Shown here piece after piece: positions 1 to 13,504 of a DNA stretch of 64,000 nt. The notes beneath the pieces are model-generated. The model did not search any database and was not told the DNA's origin. It was given only the letters and a program-made list of their open reading frames with translations. The stretch comes from Mobula hypostoma (Eukaryota), in assembly GCF_963921235.1 (NCBI RefSeq), contig NC_086116.1, forward strand, positions 57,226,001-57,290,000, written 5' to 3'. The translations under genes and the position numbers were made by a program. Each line of letters starts with the position of its first letter. Positions within the stretch are counted from its first letter, which is position 1.

Positions 1-69
1 CATCAGACTGCACTACCCTTCTCTCAAAGGGTGCCCCAACGGGTCACCTCGTTGTCTAGTATTAAGAAA

Positions 70-2880
70 AAACAAAGGCAAGAGTTAATAATGGACCACT
101 GGGAAATGATGCTGATGAGATAGTAATGGGGTTCAAAGAAATGGCAGATGTACTTAATAAGTATTTTGCTTCAGTCTTTACTGTGGAAGACACTAGCAGT
201 GTGCCAGAGGTCCATGAACGTCAGGGAATAGGAGTGAGCTCTATTGCTAATACAAAGGAATAAGTGTGAGGCAAACTGAAAGGTCTTAAGGTAGGTAAGT
301 CACCTGGATGGACTAAATCCAGAGTCCTGAAAGAGGCTCCTGAAGAAATAATGGAGGCATTGGTCATGATCTTCTAAGAAACACTTGATTTTGATATGGT
401 CCCAGAGGACTGGAAAATTGCAAATGTCACTCCACTCTTCAAGAAGGGACAAAGACAAAAGAGAGGAAATGATTGGCCAGTTCCCCTCAGTGGTTGGGAA
501 AGTGTTGAAGGACTACATAAAATCCAAGGAAAGGGCATATAAGGTAGCAAGAATGAGTGGGAAATTGGATGAATGGGAAGCTTTTAAAATCCAACAGAAG
601 GCAACTAAAAAAGTTATAAGAAGGGAAAGGATGAAATACAGGGGCATACTTGCTGATAATATAAAGCAGGATACTAATAGTTTTCTTCAGTTAAATAAAG
701 AATAAAAGGCAGGCAAGAGTTGATATTGAACCACTGGAAAATGATGCTGGTGAGGTAGTAATGGGGGACAAAGAAATGGCAGATGAACTTAAGAGCCTTG
801 CTTCAGTTTTTCCTGTGGAAAACGCTAGTTGTATGCCAGAGGTCAGTGAGTGTCAGGGAGCAGGAGTGAATGCCATTGCTACTATAAAGGAATAAGTGTG
901 AGGCAAACTCAAAGGTCTTCAGGTGGATAAGTCACCTGGACCAGACGGACTGCATCCCAGAGTCCTGAAAGAGGTTGCTAAAGAGATAATGGATGCATTG
1001 GTCATGATCGTTCAAGAATTACTTGATTCTGGCATGATCCCAGAGGACTGGAAAATTGCAAATATCAATCCACTCTTTAAGAAGGGAGGAAGACAAAAAG
1101 AGAGGAAATTATAGGCCAATTAGCCTAACCTCGGTGGGTGGGAAAGTGTTGGGAGTCCATTATTAAGAACGAGGTTTCAGGATACTTAGAGACTAATGAT
1201 ATAAGTCAGTTCAAGTCAGCATAGTTTCTGTAAAGGGAAATCTTGCCTGACAAATCTGTTAGAATTCTTCGAGGAAGTAACAAGTAGGGTGGACAAAAGA
1301 AAGGCAGTGAATGCCATTTACTTAAGATTTACAGAAGGCATTTGATTCCAGCAGACTCAGGAGGAAAGCAATCAGCATAACCAGAGACACCACACACCCT
1401 GGCCACTCCCTGTTTGACCTGCTGCCATCCAGCGAAAGGTTCAGGACACTAGAAGCCAGAACAAATAGACTGAGGAACAGCTTCGATCCCAGAGCTGTGG
1501 CCTCCATCACACCACTCCCACAGAACAATGACTGAAACGGCGAGCACACACACGCATACACAGGGACTCAAATACTTGCACTAACAGCACTTTGTGCATT
1601 ACTGTGATATTCTGGTGCTGCTGCGACTTATTTTCTGCTACTTATCTATGTAATACTGTTTTTCTATTACTGTCTTGTTTTTATCTACCGCTTTATTTAA
1701 TTGCCTGAGAGGAAGCCAAACAGAGTTTCATTGTACCTATGTATAATGACAATAAAGATCATTCAATTCAATTCAATAAGGCGCGTCACATGAGATTGCT
1801 TAGTAAGATAAAATACTATGATGTTATAGGAAAGATACTGGCTTTGTACAAGGAATGGCTGACAGGCAGGAGGTATCAAGCGGGAATTAAGGGTGCCTTT
1901 TCTGGTTGGCTGCCAATGACTAGTGGTACTCCGCAGGGGAAAATACTGAGACCATACTTCTCACATTGTCAATGATTTGGATAGAGGAATTGATGGGTTT
2001 GTGGCAAAGTTTGCAGATGATACGAAGATAGGTGGAGGCATAGATAGTGCTGAGGAAGCAATATGATTGTAGCAGAACTTAGACAAATTGGAAGAATGGG
2101 CAAAAAACTAGCAGATGGAATACATTGTTGGGAAATGTATGATAATGCATTTTGGTAAAAGGAACAATAGTGCAGACTGTTAGCTAAATGGGGAGAAAAT
2201 TCAAACATCAGGGTCCTCGCGCAAGAGTCCCAGAAGGTTAATTCACAGGTTGAGTCTGTGGTAAAGGTGACAAACGACATTTATTTCAAGGGGAATAGAA
2301 TATAAAAGCAAGGAGATAATGCCGAAGCTTTACAAGACTAGTCAACCTGCACTTGGAGTATTGTCAACTGTTTTGGGCCCACTATCTCAGAAAGGGTGCA
2401 TTGTCATTGGAGAGAGTCCAGAGAGGTTCACAAGGATGATTCTGTGAATGAAGGGGTTAACATATGAGAAGTGTTTGGCAGCTTTGGGCCTGTACTCACG
2501 GGAATTTAGAAGAATGTGTGGGGATATCATTGAAACCTACCAAATGTTGAAAGGGCCAGATAAGGTGGGTGTGGAGAGTACATTTCCTCTGGTAGGGGTA
2601 TCAAGAACTATAGAACAGAAGGAAGGAGGAATTTTTTTTTAGCCAAAGAATGGTGAATTTGTGGAATGCTCTGCCACAATCTGCAGTGGAGGCTAAGTCC
2701 GTGGATATATTCAAAGTGGAAGCTGATAGATTCCTGATTGGTCAGGGCATCAAGGGATATGGTGAGAGGGCAGGTGTATGGGGTTGAATGGGAGCCAGGA
2801 TCAGCCATGATGAAATGCAGAGCAGATTAGATGGCTTGAATGGCCTAATTCTGCTCGTATGTCTCATGGCCTTGTGGAAT
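70..2880 (+). mobile_element. CR1 LINE ORF2 fragments (two overlapping copies) with an L2 3' end inserted at ~1346-1775
   Basis: KSPGPDGLHPRVLKE, FADDTK-like, C-terminal CR1 motifs; the insertion splits gcatttgat/aaggcg. Confidence 0.85.
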
Positions 2881-5800
2881 TTGCTGGACAGCATTCTCCA
2901 GGAAAAGATGAGCATTTGGGAAAATCTTTGTCTAATTAGGGATAGTCATTATAGCTCTGTGTGGGGAAAATAGTGTTTTTTTATTTTTCAATGAGGTGAT
3001 GGAAGGTCAAGCTGTGGACATTGTTTACATAGATTTTAGTGAGGTGATTGACGAGGTGATTGGGAGGCCCATCCAGAAGATTAAGATACATAGCGTCCAT
3101 GATGAATTGGCCATTTGGATTCAGTTGGCTTGCCCATAGAAAACAAGAGTGTGATGGATGATGTTACTTATTCTGGCTGGAGGTCTGTGACTCAGGTTCT
3201 GCAGGGATCTATAATGACCCGGATGAAAACGTAGATGGGTGGATTAGTAAGGCTACAGACTATAGGAAGATTGGAGTTGTTGTGGATTGTGTAGAAGACT
3301 GGCAAAGTATATAGCAGGATATAGATCAGATGCAGATATGGGTGGAGAAATGGCAGATGGCACCCAGCACCCTCCAGCACCCAGGGTATGCCCTTTTCTC
3401 ACTGTTACCATCAGGTAGGAGATACAGAAGCCTGAAGGCACACACTCAGTGATTCAGGAACAGCTTCTTCCTCTCTGCCATCCGATTCCTGAATCGACAT
3501 TGAAGCTTTGGACACTACCTCACTTTTTTTAATATACAGTATTTCTGTTTTTGCACATTTTTTAATAATCTATTCAATGTACGCAATTGATTTACTTGTT
3601 TATTTATTATGTTTTATCTTATTTATTATTATTATTTTTCTCTCTCTGCTGGATTATGTATTGTATTGAACTGCTGCTGAGTTAACAAATTTCTTGTCAC
3701 ATGCCGGTGATAATAAACCTGATTCTGTGTTGGTGATCAAATATAAAGATACAGCACAGTCTTAATGACAAGCCCCTTACAGTGACATGCAGACAGATCT
3801 TGGGGTCCATAGTTTCCTGAAAGTTGCTATACATGTTGATAGAGTGCCTTTGTTAGTCTAGGCCAGGGGCCCCCAACCTTTTTTGCACCATGGACTGGTT
3901 TATTATTGACAATATTCTTGCGGACCGGCCGACCCGGGGGGGGGGGCCGGGCGGTGTTACCAACGGACAAGAGTAGCAGTCAAATACGTTGTGTTTATCC
4001 CGAGAAAGACTACCATGACCATGAAGCCTTGCGCAGGCACCTGTGTGCGCATGCGTGTACGTGCCGATTTTTTTCTACAAATCGCTTTTGGCGATTCTGT
4101 TCAGTGAAACTACACTGTACATACATTATTTCTACTTTATATAGGCTGTGTATTTATCATATCATTCCTGCTTTCACTATATGTTAATGTTATTTTAGGT
4201 TTTATGTAACACAGCGCATGAATATAGTGGTAAGTCAATTACAAGTCACTTATAAGTCAATAGCACCATAACATGTCAGCATGGCTTTGTCAAGGGCAGG
4301 TCGTGCCTTACGAGCCTGATTGAATATTTTGAGGATGCGGCTATATACATTGATGAAGGAAGAGGAGTAGATGTAGTGTATATGGATTTCAGCAAGAAAT
4401 TTGATAAGGTACCCCATGCAAGGCTTATTGAGAAAGTAAGGAGGCATGGGATCCAAGGGGACTTTGCTTTGTGGATCCACAACTGCCTTGCCCACAGAAG
4501 GCAAAGAGTGGTTGTAGGCAGGTCATATTCTGCATGGAGGTCAGTGACCAGTGGTTATGCCTCAAGGATCTGTTCTGGGACTCTTACTCTTCGTGATTTT
4601 TATAAATGACCTGGATGAGGAAGTGGAGGGATGGGTTAGTAAGCTTGCTGATGACACAAAGATTGGAGGTGTTGTGGATAGTGTGGAGGGCTGTCAGAGG
4701 TTACAGCAGGACATTGTTAGGATGCAAAACTGGGCTGAGAAGTGGCAGATGGAGTCCAACCCAGATAAGTGTGAAGTGACATACATCAAAGTTGCTGGTG
4801 AACGCAGCAGGCCAGGCAGCATCTATAGGAAGAGGCGCAGTCGACGTTTCAGGCCGAGACCCTTCATTTTGGTAGGTCAAATATGATGGCAGAATATAGT
4901 ATTAATTGTAAGACTCTTGGCAGTGTGGAGGATCAGAGGGATCTTGGGGTCCGAGTCCATAGGATGTTCAAAGCAGCTGCGCAGGTTGACTCTGTGGTTA
5001 AGGCGGCATACGGTGTATTGGCCTTCATTAATCGTGGAATTGAATTTAGGAGCTGAGAGGTAATGTTGCAGCTATATAGGACCCTGGTCAGACCACACTT
5101 GGGGAGTACTGTGCTCAGTTTTGGTTGCCCCACTACAGGAAGGATGTGGAAGCCATAGAAAGGGTGCAGAGGAGATTTACAAGGATGTTGCCTGGAATGG
5201 GGAGCATGCCTTATGAATATGAAAACAGGTTGCGTGAACTCGGCCTTTTCTCCTTAGAGCGACAGAGGATGAGAGGCGACCTGATAGAGGTGTATAAGAT
5301 GATGAGAGGCATTGATCATGTGGAAAGTCAGAGGCTTTTTCCCAGGGCTGAAATGGTTGCCACAAGAGGACACGGGTTTAAGATGCTGGGGATTAGGTAC
5401 AATGGAGATGTCAGAGTAAGTTTTTTTACTCAGAGAGTGGTGAGTGCATGGAATGGGCTGCCAGTAACGGTGGTGGAGGCAGATATGATAGGGTCTTTTA
5501 AGAGACTTTTAGATAGGTATATGGAGCTTAGTAAAATAGAGGGCTATAGGAAGCCTGGTAATTTCTAAGGTGGGGACATGTTCGGCACAACTTTGTGGGC
5601 CGAAGGGCCTGTATTGTGCTGTACGATTTCTATGTTTCCATGTAACATTTTAAGTAACGTTTGGATATTAAACACACAGGACATATTTTCCCCGTATGAA
5701 CATATAAAATCATTGCAACACACCAATATCAATGAATCAGTGGGAACCCTGGGCTTGTTTCCCTGCAACAGGACGGTGCCATCGAGGGGTGATGGGAGAC

Positions 5801-6800
5801 AGTGATACTCGAAGGGGGTTCCTTGTGTCCAGTCTATTCCGCAATTTAGTTTTCGTTGCATTCATTGCAGAAAAGCCCACTTTGCAGAGATATGTTGGAA
5901 ATAGAAGCAACGTTTTCAGTGCTTTCGTGGCTATCTCAGGACATTTAGGCTTGACTTTGATCCAGAATGCTGGCAGAGATGCTATGTCAAACATACTTTT
6001 CAGCCCGCCGTCACTTGCAAGCTCAAGGAGTTGATCTTCGCGCACTGACATGGATGATGCATGCGTAATGACTTCGCCTGTGTTCAAGTTCAACAGTGCG
6101 TGACAGGGAATAAGGAAAGGTGCAGCTGACTCATATCGTTTCCTCGCGGCCCGGTAGCGGATGCTTTGCGGCCCGGTACCGGTCCACAGCCCAGTGGTTG
6201 GGACCGCTGGTCTAGGCACTGAGTTGAAGACTTGGCAAGTCATGTTGCAACTTTATAAAGGTCTAGTTAGGCCATATCTGGAGCATTACATTCAGTTCTG
6301 GTTTCCCCATTAAAGATGCTGAAGCCTTGAAGAGGGTTCAGAAAAGGTTTACCAGGATACCACATGGATTAGAAGCATGTGCTATAAGGGAAGTTCGGAC
6401 AAACTTTGGTTGCTTGTACTGGATCGACATATAAAGAGGAGATCTGATAGAAGTTTAAAAGAATGAGGCATGGTTAGGCATCCAGTAACTTTTCCCAGGG
6501 TTAAAATATGTAACGCCAGAGGGCATGCATTTAAGGTGGTGGTGGGGAAGCGGGGGTAAGTTTGAAGGAGGTGTTTTGAAGCAAGTTTTTTTTAAAAACA
6601 CAATGCTGGGTGCTTGCATCTACCACCTGGACTAGTGGAAGCAAAGGTGATAAGAGGCCTTAGATGAATATGCAGGAAATGGAAGGTTATAGACATTGTA
6701 TAAAAAGAAGGGATTAGTGTAGTCAGTCATTTTATTACTCATGTCGTGAGTTTGGTACAACATTGTGGGCTGAAGGACTGTTCCTGTGTTATGCTATTCT
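2880..6800 (+). mobile_element. Old CR1 copy hosting L2 (~3360-3730) and hAT (3864-6209) insertions, with a further CR1 (~4210-5640) inside the hAT
   Basis: CR1 RT-region sequence resumes after the hAT TSD. The inner copy has DFSKKFDKVPH, PQGSVLG and LADDTKIGG. Confidence 0.8.
3864..6209 (-). mobile_element. Non-autonomous hAT (Charlie/Buster-type) DNA transposon interrupted by a CR1 fragment (~4210-5640)
   Basis: Termini caggggcccccaacc...ggttgggaccgctg; perfect 8-bp TSD GTCTAGGC (3856-3863 and 6210-6217). The minus-strand ORF 5737-6243 carries the hAT C-terminus (FWIKVK..PEIATKALKTLL.FPT.YLC..GFS...KQAQGSH). Confidence 0.92.
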
Positions 6801-7029
6801 ATGTTCTAATACTGAGAAATTTTAAAAATCTGTGAGAAATTGTTCAAAATTTACTAGACTACATTGAGAGCATTCATTTTCCCAGTAAAATGCACTATTT
6901 AAATTATGATCCCACTCTAATTCAATTTTTTCTATTTTCCCTAAAGATTTGACTATGGCTAGAATCCCACATCATCCTCATAAATTCTCAACAACTGAAC
7001 ACGTTTACATTATTTATGTTTCTAAAAAG

Positions 7030-9240
7030 ATTCTTTTAAGAGAAGACAACCTGAAGGCCCTCCAAGAGGCGGGATGAAACATGGGCCCAAAAGGATGGAT
7101 TACATGACAATGACTGGAACAAATAAAGACAAGGAGATAAAGATTCTTCAGAAGTGAAGGTGTGGATGGGAGAATGTGATAATACATTGGGGGCTACAAA
7201 TCCATCAGGGGAGAATGAAGTGCAGCGAGAAAGGTCAACAGCAACCTTGTAATGCTGCAGCAGATCAGACAAGAAGGACCCAAAGCCAGGTAGGAAACCT
7301 CAACACTGAAGGACTCAACATTGCTGGAGGTGATTTGTTAGTAGGGGAAGACGGCCCAACAATGGAGGCAATCCCCCTGTGTGTGAGCACACAAACACAC
7401 CTGCCATTCCCCCCCATCTGTGGAGCCACTCTGCAAAGCTAAGAGGAAGAAACCAGGAAGGAGGCACAAAGGTGAACAACGTGGGAGTGAAACTCAGCGC
7501 GATCCTAGAGCGCACGCTATACGGCCAAGTGGAAAATAAACTCAACTCATTTGAAAACTTCCTCTACGAGGCATGTAGAGATAGACTTGGTGAAGTTGAC
7601 GTAAAGCTAGTCACTGCTCCAAGATAAAAGGGAAGATGAGAGAAGGACAGAACTACTAGTACGAAGGTGTAGCCAGCTGTGGAAGAACAGACTGAAAAGA
7701 CTTTAAGACTTTATAATGGGGTGGCAGCAACTCAAAGTAAGCATTGTAATAGGGTGTTCCATCTCTCCCATTCTCTTTAAGGCAGCCTTCAAGATCATCC
7801 TTATTGGAGCAGGGCAGGTGGTTGGAGGGATAAAGCTACAATCAGGACAGAGGCTTCCTCCACCGAGAAGCTACATGGTTGATGTCACAAGCATCCTTCA
7901 GACAACTACTTGCACAAGGCAGCTGTTGAAGAAGCTGGACAAGCTCGTGACATGGCAAGGATGAGGATCAAGCCTTCCAAGTCATGAAGCCTATCCCTCC
8001 AAAACAGGGTCAGAAGTGACAATATCACCTTTGTTGTAGGGGGCAAGGAAATCCCATTGTTGGCCAGAGATCCCATCCAAAGCCTTGAGAGGCAGTACAC
8101 TGCAGAGCTCTCTGACAGGCAGATGGGAAAAGTAGCACAAAACAACTCAGAGGGACTAGCCAGAATCGACCAGAGCCAACTATCTGGAAAGTATAAAGTG
8201 TGATGCTACCGGTTCACACTAAGCCACAGAATGACGTGGTCCCTGAAAATGTGTAAAATTTCCTCATCAATAGCCAGTGGGATGGATTGGATAGCCAACT
8301 CATTTTTCCGGAAATGCCTGGGCCTGTCTCAGTGTTTTCTCGAACACTGGTCTCTTCAGGAAGAACATCTTGCAGCTGCCACTGAGATCCATCAGCTTGG
8401 GGTACAAGCAGAAAACCCAACTGATCGTTGAGCTGAGGGATTCCACCGATCCATCAGTGGGGAGTGCCAATGCCCCAATCCCATACCAGCCGCAAATGGA
8501 GAGCTCAAGCTGAAGTAGACCAGGCCATCAGCAGGGTGCAGCACCAAGAGGTTGTTAGTGGAGTCCAGGCTGGACATGCAGAACGTGACTTGGGAAAGAC
8601 AGCATGTTTCCGGTCCAAGGCCTCAAAGAAAGAGGAAAGCCATGGTAGTGGAGGAGGAAACAAGGACAGACCAGGAGCACTATAGGGTGAAGGCAGTGGC
8701 ACGGGGCCACCAGGGAACCTGCACAACATGGGAAGGCACCATCAACAGGTCAAACAGTCAGTCTGACCTGTGGAAGGTCCCACAAGCCAGTCTCAGCTTC
8801 CTCATCAATGCAACCTATGACACTTTGCCCTGTCCCCCAAAATCTTCACCAGTGGTTCAGCACTGAGGATAGCAGCCCTGTGTGATACCACTAATGCCAA
8901 CAAGACTGCACTGTCCCAAGGACACTGTAGATGGTAGTGCAACCAGGTCCTAAAGAAGCTGGCAGAGATCCTCAAGACCTGCGGATGCGAGGATCTGCCT
9001 TTCCCCAGTGGGATGATAACTCGTCCCATTTATTAAGGCTGGCAAGAGTGCTGAATGCACTCGCCCAAGAGCTCCTAAAGGACTCCTCTCCACAGGCAAG
9101 GAGTAGAACATCAGGTCAGATCTTGGCAGACAGCTACAGTTCCCCACAGAATCACCACATCTCTCTGCCCAGACATAATACTGTGGTCCATGGCCGCCAA
9201 GACAGTACTCCTCACTGAATTTTCTTAAATTGTCCCCAGT
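7030..9240 (+). mobile_element. Degenerate RLE-type non-LTR retrotransposon (HERO-like clade)
   Basis: Frameshifted fragments: GWQQLKVSIVIGCSISPILF, RSYM(V)DVT (decayed YMDD), RKWRAQAEVDQAISR, LSFLINATYDTLPCP, and ITTSLCPDIILWS...VLLTE (PD..E restriction-like endonuclease). Confidence 0.72.
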
Positions 9241-11370
9241 GCTATCCCTCAAGCTCTATGCAAACATTTCTAAGAAGCTAACATTGTGGTTCCAATGCTA
9301 ACTTAATTCATTCTCCACCACTGCCAAAGTCAAGTATTGCAGTCATTTGTGTTAATTAATTTACAATGAAGGTGGTAAAGTCTGAGGATAGTGTGGGGCT
9401 GTAATAATACCCTGAAGTTGACAGACTGCTTTTGGAAATTAGAGTATTTTTGCAGAACTCCTTAGTTCACAGAACAAATCATCATCATGTAAAGGAGTAA
9501 TGAAAGCTGTGGAAAGTATGATCGTGGTTTTTCATTCCTTCCAGGAAATTTATTAATTCCACTTCAGTTATGTTGAGAGCTCCATCATGGGTACTGGCCT
9601 CTGTAGTATCCAAAACATCCTAAAGGAGTGGTGCATCAGAAAGGCAGCGTCCATCATTAAGGACCCCCACCACCCAGGACATACACTCTTAGAACCATAG
9701 AAACTACAGCACAGAAATAGGCCCTTTGGCCCTTCTTGGCTGTGCCAAACCATTTTCTGCCTAGTACCACTGACCTGCACACGGACATTGTTACCATTAG
9801 GAAAGAGGTACAGAAGCCTGAAAACACCCATACAGCGATTCAGGAACAGCTTCTTCCTCTCTGACCCCATGAACACTATCTCACTACTTTTTAAATTTGT
9901 CTTTGCACTACTTTTTTAATTTAATTATTTAATATACATGTATACTTAACATAATTAGTTTTTCCTTCATATTTATCATGTATTGTACTGCTGCTGTAAA
10001 AGTTAACAAATTTCACAACATATACCAACAACATTAAACCCGATTCGGATTCTGAAATGTCATTAAACAACCACTTAGCTAACATTAAAACTGCAACACT
10101 AATTCCACCAAGCTAGAATTCTGACAAGTTATTTACTCACAGCAGTACAATAATCAATTCATCCTACAAAATAACTTGAGCAGACTACAAACATTAAAAA
10201 AAACAAGAAACTGTCAATTACTAATTTGAATGAAAAGATGCAAGTTCATACAGTATAATAACGTACCTGAAGTGAGCAGTCTTTTAACGGATGGTATCAT
10301 TTTGCAGGAGCTATTAGAGTAGCTACTTTTCACAAACCATAACATCCAAAAATGTTTCATACCTGCTGAAACAAAAATAATGCTAATGAAGATATGCAAA
10401 TGAATCAAATGTTAATTATGATTACAATTACAAAGCTCTATGATGTTGACTCGCTACAAGTGCTAATATTACACAATCCTAGTAAATAAATTTGTAACAA
10501 AATGTTAACCTACAATCAATCCTCCAGGTTACATTTTAAACAACTGCTAAAGCAGAAAAAAACAGCAATATAGATTTTTTTAAAATTTGCATAATTTCAA
10601 CAGCTGTCAACATTCTAATGGGAAGGGAAACCTTTTCAAATTCATTTTTGCATTAATTTATAAACAGAATATTTTATTTATTACAAGTTGGCCTTCACTA
10701 ATCTGGCACCATTGGGACCTGAGGAGTGCCGGATTAGTGAAAATGCCAAATTACAGAAGAATCACATTAAGCATAATCAGTGCCGGATTATCGAAGGAAC
10801 CGGATTACAGGTAGTTGGATTAGTGAAGGTCGACTGGACCTAGAATTGAAAAGCAAAAGACTAAAAATGTTGAAAAGCTAAAATAAAAATAAAACAAACA
10901 CTGTTAGATCAAGAAAAAGAAATATTGTAAATGATCTTTCAATCAGAACTAGCTAACAGTTAAAATCAAACATTTAAACTTGTATAGAAAGGTGAAGATA
11001 GGGTAAACAGGAGAACATTTGCGAAGATGAAGACCAAGGGACTGAATGACAAAAATGGATCTAAGCTGACAGAGAAGGGGTAGCAGACATTTGCTAATTA
11101 CTGTTGATCTGCAGCAGTTAAATCAGGATAGGAGGAGGAAAAATTAATTATGAGATATAAAACCTCACAGAACTTCGAACATTACAGCACAGTGCAGGCC
11201 CTTCGGCCCATGATGTCCTGACAACCAATAACCTGCTCTAAGATCAATCTAACCCTTCCCTTCTACATAGCCCTCCATTTTCTCTAATCAATGGGTCCAT
11301 TTATGAATTACTTAAATGCCTCTATCTGCCTCTCAAACTGCCCTGGTAAGGCGTTCCACACACTCATTAC

Positions 11371-12093
11371 TGTTACCTGTCCACCGTATTGATTACCGTG
11401 AGTGTCTCGTGATTCCCATGAGTGTCCCATGACTTTGTTACCTGTGAGTGTCACATGACAGCATATGCCACTAGTATAAAAAGGGGGACCGCCGACTGTT
11501 GGCGGTTGCTTTATTGGGGAGTCGCAGTTGGTGGTTACGCAATCGTAGAAGGAGAGAGAGAGTGAAGATTGCAGGCTTCGAACGAACCCAAAGGATTGGG
11601 GTTGATCAGCAGCATTCAATGCATTTCGGGTGTGACTGACACTTTGTATAATCCATACGTGGCACGCACTTCTGTTAACCCCTACATGGTTTGGGTGTTG
11701 TGTGGTGACCACTTTGGCGAAAGGTCAGTTACTTTGAGAAAACTCACTCTTCGTAGTCTTTTCAGAAAAGGTACTTCTCAGCTGGGATCAGTATCAACGG
11801 TTTCTTCGTTTCTTCAAGAATCACCTCATTGTGGCTTCGGGAAGTCTCTCCTCTCACTATTTCACGAATCACTTGGACTTCTTAAACTACCATTTTAAGA
11901 CTGTGCTTGAGTAAGATCTGTTAAGAATTGTCTCTAAGTTCAACTGTTTGATAGCTATAGACGCATAACACTGTTGACTTCCGTTTAAGTTAGTCGTTTG
12001 TTTACTTTTCTATTGAGTAGAGGTTAATAAATTTCGTTGTTTATCTATAAGAACACAACTCAATTTCATATCTTTTGCTGCCGGTACGTAGCA
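11371..12093 (+). mobile_element. Solo LTR inserted in a minus-strand CR1 3' end
   Basis: tgttac...gtagca termini, tataaaaa near 11476, aataaa near 12026; TSD ttac/tcac; the flanking CR1 sequence is continuous across it. Confidence 0.7.
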
Positions 12094-12099
12094 TCACTC

Positions 12100-13500
12100 T
12101 GAGTAAAAAAAAATTAAATAACGTCTCCTATATATTCCTCCAATCAACTTAAAATTATGCCCCTGGTGTTAGCCATTTACAACCTGGAAAAATGTCTCTG
12201 GCTCTCCACTCTATATGTCTCTCATCACACCTTGTATGGCTCTATCAAGTCACTTCTCTCCTCCTCCGCTCCAAAGAGAAAAGCCCAGCTTGCTCAACCT
12301 ATCTTATAAGACATGTTCTCTATCCAGGAAGCATGCTGGTAAATCTCCTCTGCATCCTCACTAAAGCTTCTAGACCCTTCCTATGAGGCAACCAGAACAG
12401 AATACAATTTTCCAAATGTGGTCCAACCAGGGTTTTATAGAGCTGCAACGTTACCTCATGTCTTTTGAACCCAATCCTCCAACAATGCAGGCATATCCTT
12501 CTTAACTGCTCTATCAGCTTGTCTGGCAACTTTCAGAAATCTAAGCATGTGAACCCCAAGAACCCTAGGTTCAACCACACTGTTAAGAATCCTGTCATTA
12601 GCCATGTATTCTGCCTTCAAAAGTTTGATCTTCCAAAGTGAATCACTTCACACATTTCCAGGTTGAACTCCATTTGCCACTTCTCAGCCCACCTCTGCCT
12701 CCTATCAATATCTATTGTAACCCCTGATGATGTTCTACACTATCCACAACACCAACCTTCACATCATCTTAAAATTTTCTCACCCACCCTTCCACTTCCT
12801 CATCCGTCATTTATAAAAATCATAGAGACCATGGGTTCCAGAACACCAAGGGTCACTGACCTACATACAGAATATGCTCCATATACAACCCCCTCTTCCT
12901 CCTATGGGTAAGCCAATTTTGAATCCACGCAGCCAAGCTTCCCAGGGTCCTGTGCCTCCTGACTTGCTGAATGAGTCAACCACAGGGAGCATTATCAAAT
13001 ACCTTATTAAAATCCATATACACCACATCCACTACTCTACCTTCATCAGTATGCTTTGTCACATCCTCAAAGAGTTCAATCAAGCTTGTGAGACATACCT
13101 TTCCCCTCACTAAGCCATGCTGACTTCTCCAAATGCTCATAAATCCTGTCTCTGAGAATCTTCTCCAATAATTTGCCCAACACTACAGTGAGACTCACTG
13201 GTCTATAATTTTCAGTGTTATCCCTATTCTGTTTCTTGAACAAATGAATAATATTTGCCACCCTCCAATCTTCTGGTATGATTCCTATGGCCAGTGAGGA
13301 CACAAAGATAATCAAAGGCACAGCAATCTCTTCCCTCACTTCTCATAATAACCTCGGGTATATTCCACCCTGGGGATTAATCTATCCTAATGTTTTCCAG
13401 AAGTTCCAGCACTTCCTCTTTCTGAACATCAACTTGTTGTAGCATGTCAGCCTATTTTACAAAATCCTCACAAACCTCAATTTCCCTCTCACTGCTGAAT
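12100..13500 (-). mobile_element. CR1 fragment
   Basis: Minus ORFs EDWRVANIIHLFKK..NYRPVSLT and LYKTLVGPHLE. Confidence 0.8.
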
Positions 13501-13504
13501 ACTG

